Below the pieces are notes generated by a model. The model was not told where the DNA came from and searched no databases. It was given only the letters and a program-made list of their open reading frames with translations. From Octopus bimaculoides (Eukaryota): a DNA stretch of 64,000 bases. Shown here piece after piece: positions 14,645 to 28,139 of this stretch (the first letter of the stretch is position 1; the number at the start of each line of letters is the position of its first letter). The stretch is from NCBI RefSeq assembly GCF_001194135.2, contig NC_068988.1, forward strand, positions 21,073,701-21,137,700. Direction: 5' to 3'. A program made the translations under genes and the position numbers.

Positions 14645-14848
14645 ATGGGCCAGAGACGCAGTAAATGTGCACCAGATCATTTGCAGAATTCTTCATCAGA
14701 TAGTGACCTTGATACTGACACAGGTGCTTCAAGCAGTTCTCGGAAACAATCGAAATCCTCTCTTCCTTCCCCAACCGATAAAAAGATGTCTTTCTTCCGG
14801 AAGCAAAGTGATGAGGCAAAGCGGCGGTTTGAATATCAGATGCATTTA
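14645..14848 (+). CDS. LRSAM1: LRSAM1 coding exon 1 (exon starts at acceptor 14630; ATG 14645; second in-frame ATG 14786)
   Basis: From 14786 reads MSFFRKQSDEAKRRFEYQMHL, matching the human start [24 protein letters not shown]. Acceptor tttacgcag at 14629, donor GTGAGT at 14849, phase 0. Confidence 0.93.
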
Positions 14849-15051
14849 GTGAGTATTTCTGACACATTGTTATTTTTACTTCTTTCACCTTTGACCTTGT
14901 AATCAGTGATGTTCGTTTAACTAATAGAATTAAAAGGTTTTGGTTTTCGTGCCTGTCTTCACTTATGGTCACGAACGTTGAGTAATGTCTGAAAGAGTAT
15001 GATCATGAAGACAAGTGGCTGAATTAGGGTTCTTCCAAAGGATCTCTAGAG

Positions 15052-15336
15052 CAAAATTAGGGGTTTTCAAACTTTTTGACTTGCGGACCCCTTTATATTT
15101 CAGGCTTTACCTTAGGGAACCCCTTATAAACGCTTATGAAATTTATACATAAATATTTGCTTAAAATAACATATATTTTTGCATTTATTTATTTAACAGT
15201 ATTTAACAAATAGGTTTATTGTCAATTAAAAGATTTCGATTAAAAAACATATATAAAATCAAATTGCCCATAAAAAGTATTTGCTGTCTACAGACCTCTT
15301 GTCTTGTCCTTGCGGACCACAGTTTGAAAACCCCTG
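15052..15336 (+). mobile_element. hAT MITE family copy 1
   Basis: TIR (C)AGGGGTTTTCAAACT with a short insertion at the left end; 8-bp TSD CTCTAGAG (15044-15051, 15337-15344). Confidence 0.88.
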
Positions 15337-15354
15337 CTCTAGAGCATGCTGCTA

Positions 15355-15640
15355 TTGCTCCACATTGAAAAGTCATAGCTCCAATACGATGGACATGTGA
15401 TTATAGTGCCATGGGTACGAATTGTATGACAGATTCTTCAAGGTGAGCCAACCAGCAACAGACATAAGGGTAGACCAAGAATGAGGTGTTGGGATACTAA
15501 CCAGAGTCTCAGTTGGTCATCCTTTGGAAGCCAGCCAGAAGGTCTAATGACAGTTGCTTCTGACAGGACCCTATAGAGGAGATGCCTAAGGAATCTACTT
15601 CCATGACACCTTCAAGAATAGTGGGTAGGGAAGATGTATG
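15355..15640 (+). mobile_element. Degenerate RTE LINE C-terminal fragment, same type as 42085-42480
   Basis: HIEKS*LQYDGHV...ILQGEPTSNRHKGRPRMRCWD. Confidence 0.7.
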
Positions 15641-17608
15641 GATTATTTGAATTTCATGTTGTTGTTTGAATTGTTAGTGTTGGAGAAAATATTTTGAGTA
15701 TTTCTTTTGGTTCTTTATGATCTGAATCCAAATTCCACTGAGGTCAATTTTGCCTATCATCCATTTGGCACTGATAAAATAAAGTACCAGTGAAATACTA
15801 GGGTTGAAGATATTGACTAACCCCACCCCTCAAAATTCCTGGCCTTGTGCCTAAATCAGAAACAAAGTTGGTGGGCTGACAAAATTGTACAAGATACTTT
15901 GCGTTGTTTGCTTTGGCTCTTTATATTGTGAGTTCAAATTCAGTTGCAGTCAACTGTGATCATTATTCTGTTGGGATTAATGAAATAAAGTGCCAGTCAA
16001 GTACTGGGGTTGATTGTATTTGCTACCCCTCACCCTTCAATATTGCTGATCTTGCGCTTAAATAAGAAACTACCATGGTTATTATTTTGAAACTGAGGAC
16101 TCTAAGATGCTGTGTAAGTTAGTAATAACACACCAGCCCATGCAGTGTCACAGAACTTTTGTCAGTGAATTGCGAGGGTCACAACAAACATATTGGCAAT
16201 AACTAACTATTGATTTGTCATCACTTTTGGGGCACAGTATAAGCAGGTAATGTGTACCAAAGTAACCAGGAATGGCAAGTAATTGAATGAGGGCTAATGG
16301 ACTGCTGAAGATTTCAGAACCATACCAGAATGGTATCCCATCAAGGACACAGATGGAAAGAACATAGGAGTGGTGTTAGAGGCTTAGCTGAGGGTTTCTG
16401 TCCAGAAAAACTTGAAAAGCACATTTAAGGGTTTCTGCCCAAAAGAACTTGTAAAGTAGAGAGAGAGAGAGCAGGTGTCAGAGGGTTTTGTTTCAAAAGC
16501 ACCACAACTAACGCTTCTGGTTGCAGCTTCAAAGATGGCCAAAAGACTTGTTTTGACATCAAAACCAGAATTTCAGTGACTGGGTGTCCTCTCTCCTGGC
16601 CACAACCAGTAATGCTACATCTTATTGAGACCAGGAGGAGATTATGCAAAGTAAACTATTATAGCTTGGTAAACTACCTGGGACATTGCAAAGGGTAGAA
16701 AAAGGAAGAGGATTTTCCCATCTAAGAAGAAAAGCCAACTCTATGAGAAAGCATGCAAAACAGGCAAAGAAATGTTGACCCTGCCACCCCCGACCTGCAA
16801 ATTAACAAAACCCTTTGCTCTGATAGACTCTCAATGAAAGAATTTGTTTAACCAATTGACACCTCTCTCTTGATTAGCTTTATTCATATTCTGACAGGTA
16901 TATAAAATTAACAGAAACAAAAAAAATTATGGAACTTGTCTATAGAGAGATGAATTTGTTGAGAATTGAGTGAAGCAGTGATGGAATTTGAACTACTGTA
17001 CTTTAAATTACTAAACCATCACAGCTGAGTTGATCTACTATGATTTTTATTGTAAGAAAGGAACACAAGCTGGTGGAATCATCCAAAGGGAAGCTGACAG
17101 AACCATTAGTGTGTTGGGCACAATGCCTGATAGCATTTCTTCCAACTCTTTATGTCCTGAGTTCAAATTCTGTTGAGGCCAACTTTGCCTTTTATTCTTT
17201 CAAGGTCACTAAAATAAGTAGTAGTTGAACACTAGAGTTGATTGTCCCCTTCTCCCAACTTTCAGGCCTTGTACCTATATTAGAAACAATTGTAAGAAAA
17301 GAAGATTGTTCCTCAATATTATTTTTTTTTTTTACACTGGCATAAACAAGTCCTGAAATTTCTACATTAGATTGACACAGTACTAAAATATCTTGTATTT
17401 ATTTTATTGGCCATGGGTGCAGAAAAGCAAAATTTGATTCCAAAAGGACTTGAACTCAGTACATAGGAGTAAGGGACTAAATTCTGTAAAGTGTTTAGTC
17501 TGATACTACACCCACTGTAATACTTGGTCAAGTTAAATATCAAAATGTATGTATATGTATTTAAATTTTTATAGGTGTTTGTAACCTGCAAATCTCTTCT
17601 TTTCATAG

Positions 17609-17662
17609 GCAGAAGATAATCCAGAACCTATCTTTGATATTTCCAACAGTCAAATTAGTGAG
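17609..17662 (+). CDS. LRSAM1: LRSAM1 exon 2
   Basis: AEDNPEPIFDISNSQISE (human AKEAGADDILDISKCELSE); tttcatag / GTAAAG; 54 nt, phase 0-0. Confidence 0.93.
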
Positions 17663-18781
17663 GTAAAGGAAGATTTTCTTGTTATTGTCATTGCTTGAAA
17701 ATGCCATTCCCTTCTTCTTGTGTCATTGCTGATGTTAACTAACTTAGAATCAATCTGTATTTTGTGACCTTGAGCATATTTTCTTGTCAACAACTCATTG
17801 TTTAACTTGAATACTTAATACTTTGTGGTGTTTTTTTTTTCTACTACCACATGTGTGTGATTTACTATCAACAAATAAATTGTTATGTTTATAAAAAAAA
17901 AGATATTGCCTTCTGATATTTCTTACATCCTTGTAAACACTTATATCCGAAACCTTCTTACATACACACTATCCTAGCCAATGTGGTATTGTCTTTCTAT
18001 TTTCTGACCTGTGACGATACACGTCTAACTGTAGAAACCAGGCCAAAGCAGACATTGGAATGAGGTGTAGTCCTCTGGTTCACCAGCTACCATTGAACTG
18101 TCCAACCCATGCTAGCATGGAAAACAGATGTTAAATGATGATGATAGTGATGATGATGACTCATTAGAATAGGTGCAGCACCAAACATTGAAACTCTATT
18201 GTCTTTGATACAATCTGTACTATGACAAGCTACCAGTTATGTCGAAACACATTGAATTCCATGAAATACTTTGCCTGCTAAAATAACCACTGTTCTGCTC
18301 CAGTAAATAACTGACAGCATGAAAGAAAAATGTTCAAACTATCACACACAGATCTCTAATATGATAAATCACTGCATGTAGCTGTACAAAATAAGATCTG
18401 CTGCCAGAAGAAAGCAATTTATCTGATCAGTTAACTTTGTTCTCTAGATATACTTGATATGAATCATTTTTCATCAATTTTTTTTTTTGGGGACTTCATG
18501 ATGTACCTTAGACCAAACAAAAACTATTGATAGTTTTTATATAGTAAACTTTATAAAAAAAAAAAAAACTATTTTAAAATTTAAAATTTAGCAAAAATGT
18601 TCAAAACTATCGCTTATCTTTACTTTGTTAATTATAGACACAGGTATGATTGTGTGGTTAAGAAGCTTGCTTTCCAACCACATGGTTCTGGGTTCAGTCC
18701 TACTGCATGGCAGCTTGGGCAAGTGTCTTCTATTATAGCTTTGTGAGTGGATTTGATAGAAGGAAACTGGAAGAAGTCTGC

Positions 18782-18829
<48 letters not shown>

Positions 18830-19419
18830 AATACTAATAACATGAGGCTTTTGCCCAATGTCTGTTGTCCATGCTGGCGTGGGTTGGATGGTTTGACTGG
18901 GCTGGCACACTGGAAAGCTGCGCCAGACTCCAGTTTGATTTGACATGGTTTTCTACGGTTGGATGCCCTTCCTAATGCCAACCACTGCGAGAGTGTAATG
19001 GGTGTGTTTACGTGCCAATTTGCGTGACATCAGTATCTGCCACGACTGCGATTTTGCTTGGCTTCATGAGTCTTCTTCTCAAGCACGACATAATGCCAAA
19101 TTGTCTATTGCCTCCGTGAGGCTCAACAAGGGAATGTTGGGCCTCACAGAAGCAATAACCCCCCAGCATGGACGCAGTCTAATGACTGAAACAAGTAAAA
19201 GATAAAAGATACTTGTGTGTAAAAAATTTTTGAATATTACATTTTTCAAGACATTCAAGTACAGATTTTTCTAAATCCTTAAATGATGTTTTTAAAAATC
19301 TAAATTATATCTATATACCCCTTGTGGCACACTAATGCACCATGAGGCACCAACTGAAAACCACTGATGATTTGAAGTGGGTCTAAACGATAACATTAAC
19401 CACATGATGGCACCACCGT

Positions 19420-19855
19420 TCGAGCATGATTGTTACCAGCGTCGCCTTCCTGGCACTTGTGTCGCAGCTTCGCCTTCTTGGCACTTGTGCCGCAGCTTTG
19501 CCTTCCTGGCACTTGTGCCACAGCTTCGCCTTCCTGGCACTTGTGCCGGTGGCACATGGAAAGTCATTCGAGCGAGGTCATTGCCAGTGCCGCTGGACTG
19601 GCTCCTGTGCAGGTGGCACATAAAATACACCATTTTGAGCGTGGCCGTTGCCAGTACCGCCTGACTGGCCTTCGTGCCGGTGGCACGTAAAAGCACCCAC
19701 TACACTCTCAGAGTGGTTGGCGTTAGGAAGGGCATCCAGCTGTAGAAACTCTGCCAAATCAGATTGGAACCTGGTGTAGCCATCTGGTTCGCCAGTCCTC
19801 AGTCAAATCGTCCAACCCATGCTAGCATGGAAAGCAAACGTTAAACAATAATGAC
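19420..19855 (+). mobile_element. RTE 3'-UTR-type repeat; further copies at about 5100-5310(+), 5320-5640(-), 18840-19120(-), 21830-22165(+), 23860-24220(+), 25405-25790(+), 39590-40200(+), 47515-47700(-), 58430-58585(+), 58685-58880(+), 63195-63360(-)
   Basis: Shared core ttggcgttaggaagggcatccagctgtagaaactctgccaaatcagattggagcctgg...cccatgctagcatggaaagcggacgttaaacgatgatgat. Confidence 0.85.
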
Positions 19856-20274
19856 TAATGTAAAAATGTGTAAGGCAATGTTCTAACATTTCTTAAGGCA
19901 TACAGAAGTGTCAGATGTTGGGGAAATGGTAACAAGTGAACTGACGAATATAGTAAACACCTTATTATCTGGCACCACTGAGATGGTGGTGATGATGATG
20001 ATGATGATGATGGTAACTTCATTGCTGACAATCATCCAGTTATTAATGTCACTTTGAGTTTACAGACAAAATATTTGTGCTGTTGTTGTTTTTGTTGCAG
20101 TGGCTTAGGCTGTTTATAATGACATTTCATGTTACAGTTGGTTGCTATGGTGACTACTAATATTAGCAGGAATTCAGTAGCAAAAAAAAAAAAAAAAAGA
20201 AAAAATCAATGTGAACAGAAATAAACATTATCTGAATCGGAACAAGATGCTGATGATGGGTGATATTAATAAGG

Positions 20275-20287
20275 ACAGTGATGATGA

Positions 20288-20319
<32 letters not shown>

Positions 20320-20985
20320 ATGGTAACTATGGCTTTGAGGATAATGGTGATGAGTATAGTTATGATGATGATGAAGATTATGTGCAAATATGTTGCTAGT
20401 GACAATAGGGATAACAGTAATGATGATAGGAAAAATGTGACAGCAACAATGGTTACCCCTCCTCCTCTTCTTCCTCTCCTCTTCTTTCTCCTTCCTTCTC
20501 TTTTTCATCCCTCCACCTCTTCGTCCTCCTCTTCCTCTTCCCCGCTTCTTTCTCCTTACTTCTCTTCTTCATCCCCTTCTCCTCCTCTTCTTCATCTCCT
20601 CTTTTTCTTTGTCCCTCCTCTTCTTCATCCCCTCTTTTTTGTTCCCTCCTATTCTTCTTTGTCCCCTTCTCCTCTTCTTCATCGTTTCCTCCTCTTCGTC
20701 TTCATACCCTCTTCTTCTTCATCTCCTCTTCTTCTTTGTCCCCTCCTCCTTGTCTTCGTCCCCTGTTTTTCACCCCCCCTCCCCTCTTCCTCCTCTTCTT
20801 TCTTCCCTTCCCCCTTTTCTTCCTCCTCCTCCTCACCATCCGACTTTGCCTTTCATCCTTTCAGGGTCGATAAATTAAATACCAGTTTCATACTGGGGTT
20901 GATCTAATCGACTGGCCCCCTCCCCAAGAATTTCAGGCCTACTGCCTAGTGTAAAAAAAAAGAAAAAAATAGCAATGATAATAAT

Positions 20986-21020
<35 letters not shown>
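20275..21020. repeat. Compound low-complexity tract: (GAT)n/(GGT)n, (TCC/TTC)n, (AAT)n
   Basis: Direct reading; explains the poly-D/M/H/S ORFs in the track. Confidence 0.9.
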
Positions 21021-21022
<2 letters not shown>

Positions 21023-21055
21023 CATCATTCTGACTCTTACAACGTCTATTTCCAG

Positions 21056-21100
21056 ATCCCTTCCAATGTGTTCTCTCTCTGTAAAGTCCTGAACAAAGAG
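21056..21100 (+). CDS. LRSAM1: LRSAM1 exon 3
   Basis: IPSNVFSLCKVLNKE (human IPFGAFATCKVLQKK); tttccag / GTAAGA; 45 nt. Confidence 0.94.
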
Positions 21101-21463
21101 GTAAGACATGATTTGATCAGCTTAAGGAAATATTGAGTAAAGTTGTTACTGTATTTGCTGTTGCTGTTCAGCTCAGACCAGCCTTGCTTTCAGCTGACCT
21201 ATGACTAGGCCTTCAGCATTCAGCTTACTCTGTCAAACGTAATACTTATTTATTCCTGTTCTTTTTAATTAATTATATGATAATGAAATTACTCTGTATT
21301 GTGCTCGGGTGCACTACAATTCATCATTATCTTGCTTTGAGTGTCAGTTATAGATTAAATGAAAAGAAAAAAAACTTTATTGTATTGATGTATTTTCCAA
21401 GTTCTATTTAGATTTTTTAATTTTGTTTTTACTTTCTAAAAGAATATTTTTTTATCACTTCAG

Positions 21464-21541
21464 ATTTTGTTGCTTCATGATAATTGGTTAACTTCTCTAA
21501 AAGCTGGTGATTGTGGAATGAGTGATTTGGTAAAAATTCGG
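21464..21541 (+). CDS. LRSAM1: LRSAM1 exon 4 (LRR)
   Basis: ILLLHDNWLTSLKAGDCGMSDLVKIR (human [26 protein letters not shown]); cttcag / GTAAGT; 78 nt. Confidence 0.94.
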
Positions 21542-24394
21542 GTAAGTCATGCTTTCGTATCTTTTGTATATAATGTGTACGTGGAGAGATAGAGAGAGAG
21601 AGAGTGTGTGTGTGTATGTGTACTCTAGCTCTTGGCCTAGAGTTTCTGTGAATCCTACTGAATTTCTATACCTTCAATTTTTCAGTTTTAATAACTTGCA
21701 ATTCTTGAGATGTACTATTCATAATCCATATGAGTTAATTTTTAGTGTACAATACTTGGGATATAGTTTGTAGCTTAAGAAAACCATATTGTACTACTAC
21801 TAAAAATAATATTAAAAGATATACAGTGTTGCCTTCCTGGCACTTGTGCCGGTGGCACGTGAAAAGACATTCGAGTGAGGTCGTTGCCAGTGCCGCCGGA
21901 CTGACTCCTGTGCAGGTGGCACATAAAATACACCATTTTGAGCGTGGCCGTTACCAGTACTGCCTGACTGGCCTTCGTGCCGGTGGCACATGAAAGCACC
22001 CACTACACTCTTGGAGTGGTTGGCATTAGGAAGGGCATCCAGCTGTAGAAACTCTGCCAAATCAGATTGGAGCCTGGCGTAGCCATCTGGTTCACCAGTC
22101 CTCAGTCAAATCGTCCAACCCATGCTAGCATGGAAAGCGGACGTTGAACGATGAACGATGATAACCGTGTATCTCCTTTACTCCATGACACCTATTATGA
22201 CCCTGTATTCATACTCTAACTTCTCATCACCTGGCACAAAGCGACCTCCCTCAATACAATTCTGAGCCCAATTGAGCGGGTCTTGTCTTGTGAGTTACTT
22301 GGTGACCTCACTGGTGCTAGTGCCACCAGCACAATGAAGTAGGGTTCAAGGAAACAAAACAAAAATAAAACACACACACACACACACACATTGCATCTAT
22401 TTAATATCCAATGTGGGTACTTTGAAAATACCCACCAGAGTCACAACCATGTCCTACATACTTATAGGCTGCCCTTTGGTATAACATAACACCCATTTAG
22501 CTATCCTGCCAAGGATACAGTGAAGTCACGGGACTGCAGTACTGCAGATTGTGAAGAGGAAGTGGAAGAGATAAACTGATTCATTCTTATATCAATGCTG
22601 AACAGAGGGATCCTAGGAGCTCAATGCTCACAATCACCAAGCTCTATCGAGAGAGTAACTGCAGTGCTTATATAGCGGTGGCATCCACGGTTGTGTAATC
22701 AGCTAATGAAGGAGTCATTTGGACTCAAGCTCCCTATTCAAATAATGAAATTAGATGAATCGTGACAGAGAGTCATGGGAGTCTGTGCAAGCAGCTTGAC
22801 TGGATAGATATCCAACACACTTCTACTACACTTACCACTACTCAGCCTTATATGATGTGGGGTAGCCATGTATCTCTTCTATAGCAAGACACCTCTGTGT
22901 GTCCCTCTATTATATTTTAGTCTCTCAAACCTGGCATTCAGCCTCCTCCTCATTTCTAATACTCCCCCTCACTTAGTCATAGGCTCTTTTTCGTTTTCTA
23001 TTCTTTTATTGTTTTGCAACTTAGTGACTTCACTTGTGCTGGTGGCATGAAAACAGAGCACCCAGTACACATTGTAGGGTGGTTGACATTAGGAAGAGTA
23101 TCCAACTGTAGAAAACATGCCAAAGCTTTCATATTTCTGTATTGCCCACAAGGGGCTAAACATAGAGGGGACAAAGAGATTAAGTTGATTACATCAACCC
23201 CAGTGCATAACTGGTACTTAATTTATCGACCCCGAAAGGATGAAAGGCAAAGTCGACCTCGGCGGAATTTGAACTCAGACCGTAAAGACAGGCAAAATAC
23301 CGCTAAGCATTTCGCTTGGCGTGCTAACATTTCTGCCAGCTCGCCACTTTCATTGAAGCTTGATATGGCCCTGTAGCACATCAGATCTTATCAAACTGTT
23401 CAACCCATGCCAACAGGGAAAGCAGACATCAAATGATGATGATGATTCTCTCCTGCCATCATCCATAACACCATGTAGTGATGCTTGCTCTCATGTGGTC
23501 TTTCACTCAACACTTTACTTCTGTCAACATCCTGACACACAAATAGAGAGATCTATTTCCTTGATGCTCATTCACTCATAACTAATTCTCTAACATTCCA
23601 CAGTAACTACCCTGCATTCTGAAGGGAAAAATTGTACATCCCTTTCTTTCGCTAACATGACAAGCTCTCAGAAAGTATGTACAACTCGGCAAATTATGTA
23701 TTTAGCCAAGCATGTGTAAGTGAAGAGCTACATCTCCTATGTTTAAATTGTTGTTGTTTAGTCCCGAGTCAGTCCTGACCAAGTGGATCTATAGTCAAAA
23801 ATATTCCAACAATAACCATCTATTTTATACATTTATACATATATATCCTGCGAAATCGTGATGGCACCTGTGCCCAGCATCGCCTTCCTGGCACTTATGC
23901 CGGTGGCACGTGTAAAGACATTCGAGCGAGATCGTTGCCAGTGCCGCTGGACTGGCTCCTGTGCAGGTGGCACGTAAAAAATACACCATTCTGAGCATGG
24001 CCGTTGCCAATACCGCCTGACTGGCCTTCATGCCGGTGGCATGTAAAAGCACCCACTACACTCTCGGAGTGGTTGGCATTAGGAAGGGCATCCAGCTGTG
24101 GGAACTCTGCCAAATCAGATTGGAGCCTGGTGTAGCCATCTGGTTCACCAGTCCTCAGTCAAATTGTCCAACCCATGCTAGCATGGAAAGCGGACGTTAA
24201 ACGATGATGATGATGATGATCCTTCACTACAACGTTCCCTATTTTCTTCCTTTTTTGAAAAACAAGATAGCCGGATATAATTTGAGGGAATTTCTTTGCT
24301 ATTTCAAACAGATTGAATGACCATGTAAAGGTTCTATCATTGATTTGAATGTATGTATATCTAATTGTTTATCTTCTTCACCATTTACTCCCAG

Positions 24395-24463
24395 GTACTT
24401 GATGCACACAATAATTCTATCAAACATCTACCAGAAAATATTGACCAGGTTCGCAGCTTACAG
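24395..24463 (+). CDS. LRSAM1: LRSAM1 exon 5 (LRR)
   Basis: VLDAHNNSIKHLPENIDQVRSLQ; ctcccag / GTAAAT; 69 nt. Confidence 0.95.
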
Positions 24464-26810
24464 GTAAATAGAAATGTTACTGTTGTCTTTTTAGGAATTC
24501 GAATGATTACATTATAATATTCTTTATGTTGCTGTTAAGCCCCAAGTGAACTGTGACAGAACAGACCTATAATCAAAAAGTATTCCAGCCGTGGCCATCC
24601 CATCCTTTTAGAGATATCTAATACTTCTTTATCTAATGTGTTCATTAGATGGCAGGATGTAATTAAAAAGAGATTTGGCTGGTATTTCTAGCTTCTTGAG
24701 CAGCTGCATTTATCATAATAGTGTTATTGTAATACAGGTTGGTTTACAAAATTGGCATTGTGCCATTTGAGAAATTTGTGTCATGCACACAAACTAAATC
24801 ACGTAGAAGCTTTACTCAAATAGTTTGGTATTCAAATGTAAGAGAGTATATTCAGCATTGTTCTAAAATAATTTTGGTATTAGTCCAAATGCATACAGGT
24901 GACAGTTTCAGTTGAATTGGACTTCAACAGCTCCAGTGCAATGAGGAACATGCATGCCATTTCTCATTCACATTATTTATGCTTTAGTTGATATCCAGGT
25001 TAAACCATCTGGTGGTATGGATTTAGCAAGTAGTTTTTACTGAAAACTATGTTACTCACCATAATCATCACAGGGATCAGGTTGAGCTTGCTTGGGTTCT
25101 CATGATTCTGATCCTCCACCCATCTCTTGTCTTCCATGATATATGGCAGTTTTTCTCAGTGACATCCTGTATCATCTGTAAACGAATTGACATACGTTTT
25201 TGCAAGGGGGTCATTGCATATATGACTATTTCGAAGTGTCCATTGGAAGTTCTTGACTTAGTAACTCCTCCTTATGTGTCCAGCACTGCTCAGCAAAGTC
25301 AGCTCTGTTTTTTCTAATGATGTTTGCTACTTTAAGAAGTTTATTGTATCTTCCCTTGGTGATGTTTTCTTTCCTAGGTACATTATAAATGGCACCATAG
25401 CTTGGCTCCCGGACCGATGGCATGTGAAAAGCACCATTCGAGTGTGATCGTTGCCAGCATTGCCTTACCGGCACATGTGCCGGTGGCACGTGAAAAACAA
25501 CATTTGAGCATGGTCATTGCCAGTGCTGCTGAACTGGCTCCCTTGCAGGTAGCACGTAAAAAAACACCTTTTGAGTGTGGTTGTTGCCAGAACTGCCTGA
25601 CTGGCCCTCATGCCGGTGACATATAAAAGCATCCACTACACTCTCAGAGTGGTTGGTGTTAGGAAGGGCATCCAGCTGTAGAAACTTTGCCAGATCAGAT
25701 TGAGCCTGGTGCAGCCTCTGGCTCACCAGTCTTCAATCAAACCGTCCAACCCATGCTAGTATGGAAAGCAGACGTTAAACGATGATGATGTAGTGTACAT
25801 ATGTAGGTGCCACCCCAACATAGTTTCGAAGCTTTTGGTTAGTGTTCAGATGAAAGAGCTAGAGATAAAGTGCAAAAGATTTTGGCTAGCCTATGGAACC
25901 CTCTGAGAAACAGTAGATACAGTAGTGATGTTCTACAAAACCACTTGAGCTAAAATGCACTCATCTGATGGGGCCACAGAATTTTCTAATAATATACTTA
26001 TGGATGTTTTACAAAAAGACACCCTTGCACTTTTCTTTTTATTCTCTTAACTGTCCTCTGCAACTCAGTAGAATACAACAAAGAATATGGCTTTACCCTC
26101 ACAAAATCAAGAAGCTCCAGATATCCAGCCTTCACAATAACAGATGCAGAATAAACATGCTGATGAATTAGTCTTAATGTGAGATACAAATGCTGAGGCT
26201 ACTACCATACTTCACAGTCTGCAAGGTGTTGCAGTTGGCATTGGTTTGTGTGTTAGTGCTAGAAAAATGGCATTTATTTGGTACAACCTGGAAATTACGG
26301 TTGCCTCATTATCTGGAAACTTGATAAAATCAGCAATTTTTTTCATGTACTTAGTAGCTTAATTACAAAGGCAGAAATTAAGTTACTTATACATATTGGC
26401 TTCAAAATTTGGCAAGCTCAGTGGAGGGGTTAAGTCAATTACATTGACCCCCAATGTTCAACTGGTACTTATTTTATCAACCCTGAAAGGTTGGAAAGAC
26501 AAAGTCAACCTCAACAGAATTTGAAATCAGATCATAAATACTGACAAAATGCCACTGAGCATTTTTCCCAGCATGCTATAGATTCTGCCAGCTCATCACC
26601 TGAAGCTACATATACATAAAGCTAAAGTAGCATTATATAGAAATCTAACTTGAAAGAAAATCTGCAAAAGAACTTCTGCTGTACAATGGTTGACTCTATT
26701 GCTTTGAGGCAGACCTGAACACACACCATAGAGCATTGAATTTTATTTATTTATTTGGTCTTGCTCTGAAATAATCTACTAAATCATATTTCTTTCTCAT
26801 TCTCTTCTAG

Positions 26811-26895
26811 GTCTTAAATTTAGAAGGCAACAAGTTGAAGAAAATCCCAGAGTCCATTGGAAATTTAAAGTTTTTACAGTCTTTAAATCTCAAAG
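26811..26895 (+). CDS. LRSAM1: LRSAM1 exon 6 (LRR)
   Basis: VLNLEGNKLKKIPESIGNLKFLQSLNLK; ctcttctag / GTAATT; 85 nt, ends phase 1. Confidence 0.95.
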
Positions 26896-27974
26896 GTAAT
26901 TTTTCTTGTTGGTCGTTATTAATTTTTTTTGTTTTTGTTTTGTAATTATTAATATTTTCTTTGATTTATGTTGTTCATATACAGTAACTTGCACCAATGT
27001 ACCTTATGCATATGTAAATACTATGCACAAAACTCCAACTAATGAACACCTACCTCAGAAACAGCTGTAAAGAGTTTAACATAATATTACTTATTAAGAG
27101 TTTTAGAGAATACTATGTTGTGTGTTTGTAGATGTGTACTCAAACATGGGTGTATGTATTTTTATGAATGTGTGTATTGTGTGATCTGATGAATATGCCT
27201 CTGAATATACTTACATGTGTGTGTGTTGTTGCATGAAACACTCTTTGTTTCATATGTTTATATAGATATCACTGCTATATATATGGATTTATTATTAAAA
27301 CACAAATATACTATAGGTGCAGGAGTGGCTGTGTGGTAAGTAGCTTGCTTACCAACCACATAGTTCCGGGTTCAGTTCCACTGTGTGGCACCTTGGGCAG
27401 GTGTCTCCTACTATAGCCTCAGGCCGACCAAAGCCTTGTAAGTAGATTTAGTAGGCAGAAACTGAAAGAAGCCCGTCGTATATATGTATGTATGTTTGTG
27501 TGTGTGTGTGTGTGTGTCCAACATTGCTTGACAAACGATGCTGGTGTGTTTATGTCCCCGTAACTTAGCGGTTCGGCAAAAGAGACTGATAGAATAAGTA
27601 CTAGGCTTACAAATAATAAGTCCTGGGGTTGATTTGCTCGACTAAAGGCGGTGCTCCAGCATGGCCACAGTCAAATGACTGAAACAAGTAAAAGTAAAAA
27701 AAAAGTAAAACAAATTCGTAAATGTAATTTTAACAGAATATTTCCATACACATTCTTTTTTATGTGATACATTTTTTTTTTAAGATGGCAGGGTGTGATT
27801 TGTGAGAAATTTAATTAGTGTCTCTAGCATTGCTAAGTCTTTAGGCTCGTTGCTAAGTTAGTTGTTAGCATCTGTATTGATTATATTCTATGTTGTATTG
27901 ATGATGATGGTGATGTATGTTCTGCTGGCTAGGTCAGTGGTTCTAACAAATGCATGTTTTCTTATGTATTGCAG

Positions 27975-28139
27975 GAAATAAATTAAAAGAAATCCCCACC
28001 AGTCTCAGCAATTTATCGTCCCTCCGAACTCTTGACCTCTCCAACAACCAATTAACTAATCTGCCAACTGAATTGTGGAAATTGCGTGCTTTAGAGAACT
28101 TGCTTGTGGATGCTGCAAATATGGTTCATCCACCTGCAG
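27975..28139 (+). CDS. LRSAM1: LRSAM1 exon 7 (LRR)
   Basis: (G)NKLKEIPTSLSNLSSLRTLDLSNNQLTNLPTELWKLRALENLLVDAANMVHPPA; attgcag / GTGAGA; 165 nt, phase 1-1. Confidence 0.96.

Noticed and set aside
19540-19700. Regularly spaced palindromic GTGCCGGTGGCAC repeats resembling a CRISPR array
   Set aside because: Eukaryotic retroelement UTR; spacers are shared between dispersed copies and there are no cas genes
20163-20907. ORFs up to 215 aa with poly-M/D/H/S
   Set aside because: Translations of trinucleotide microsatellites
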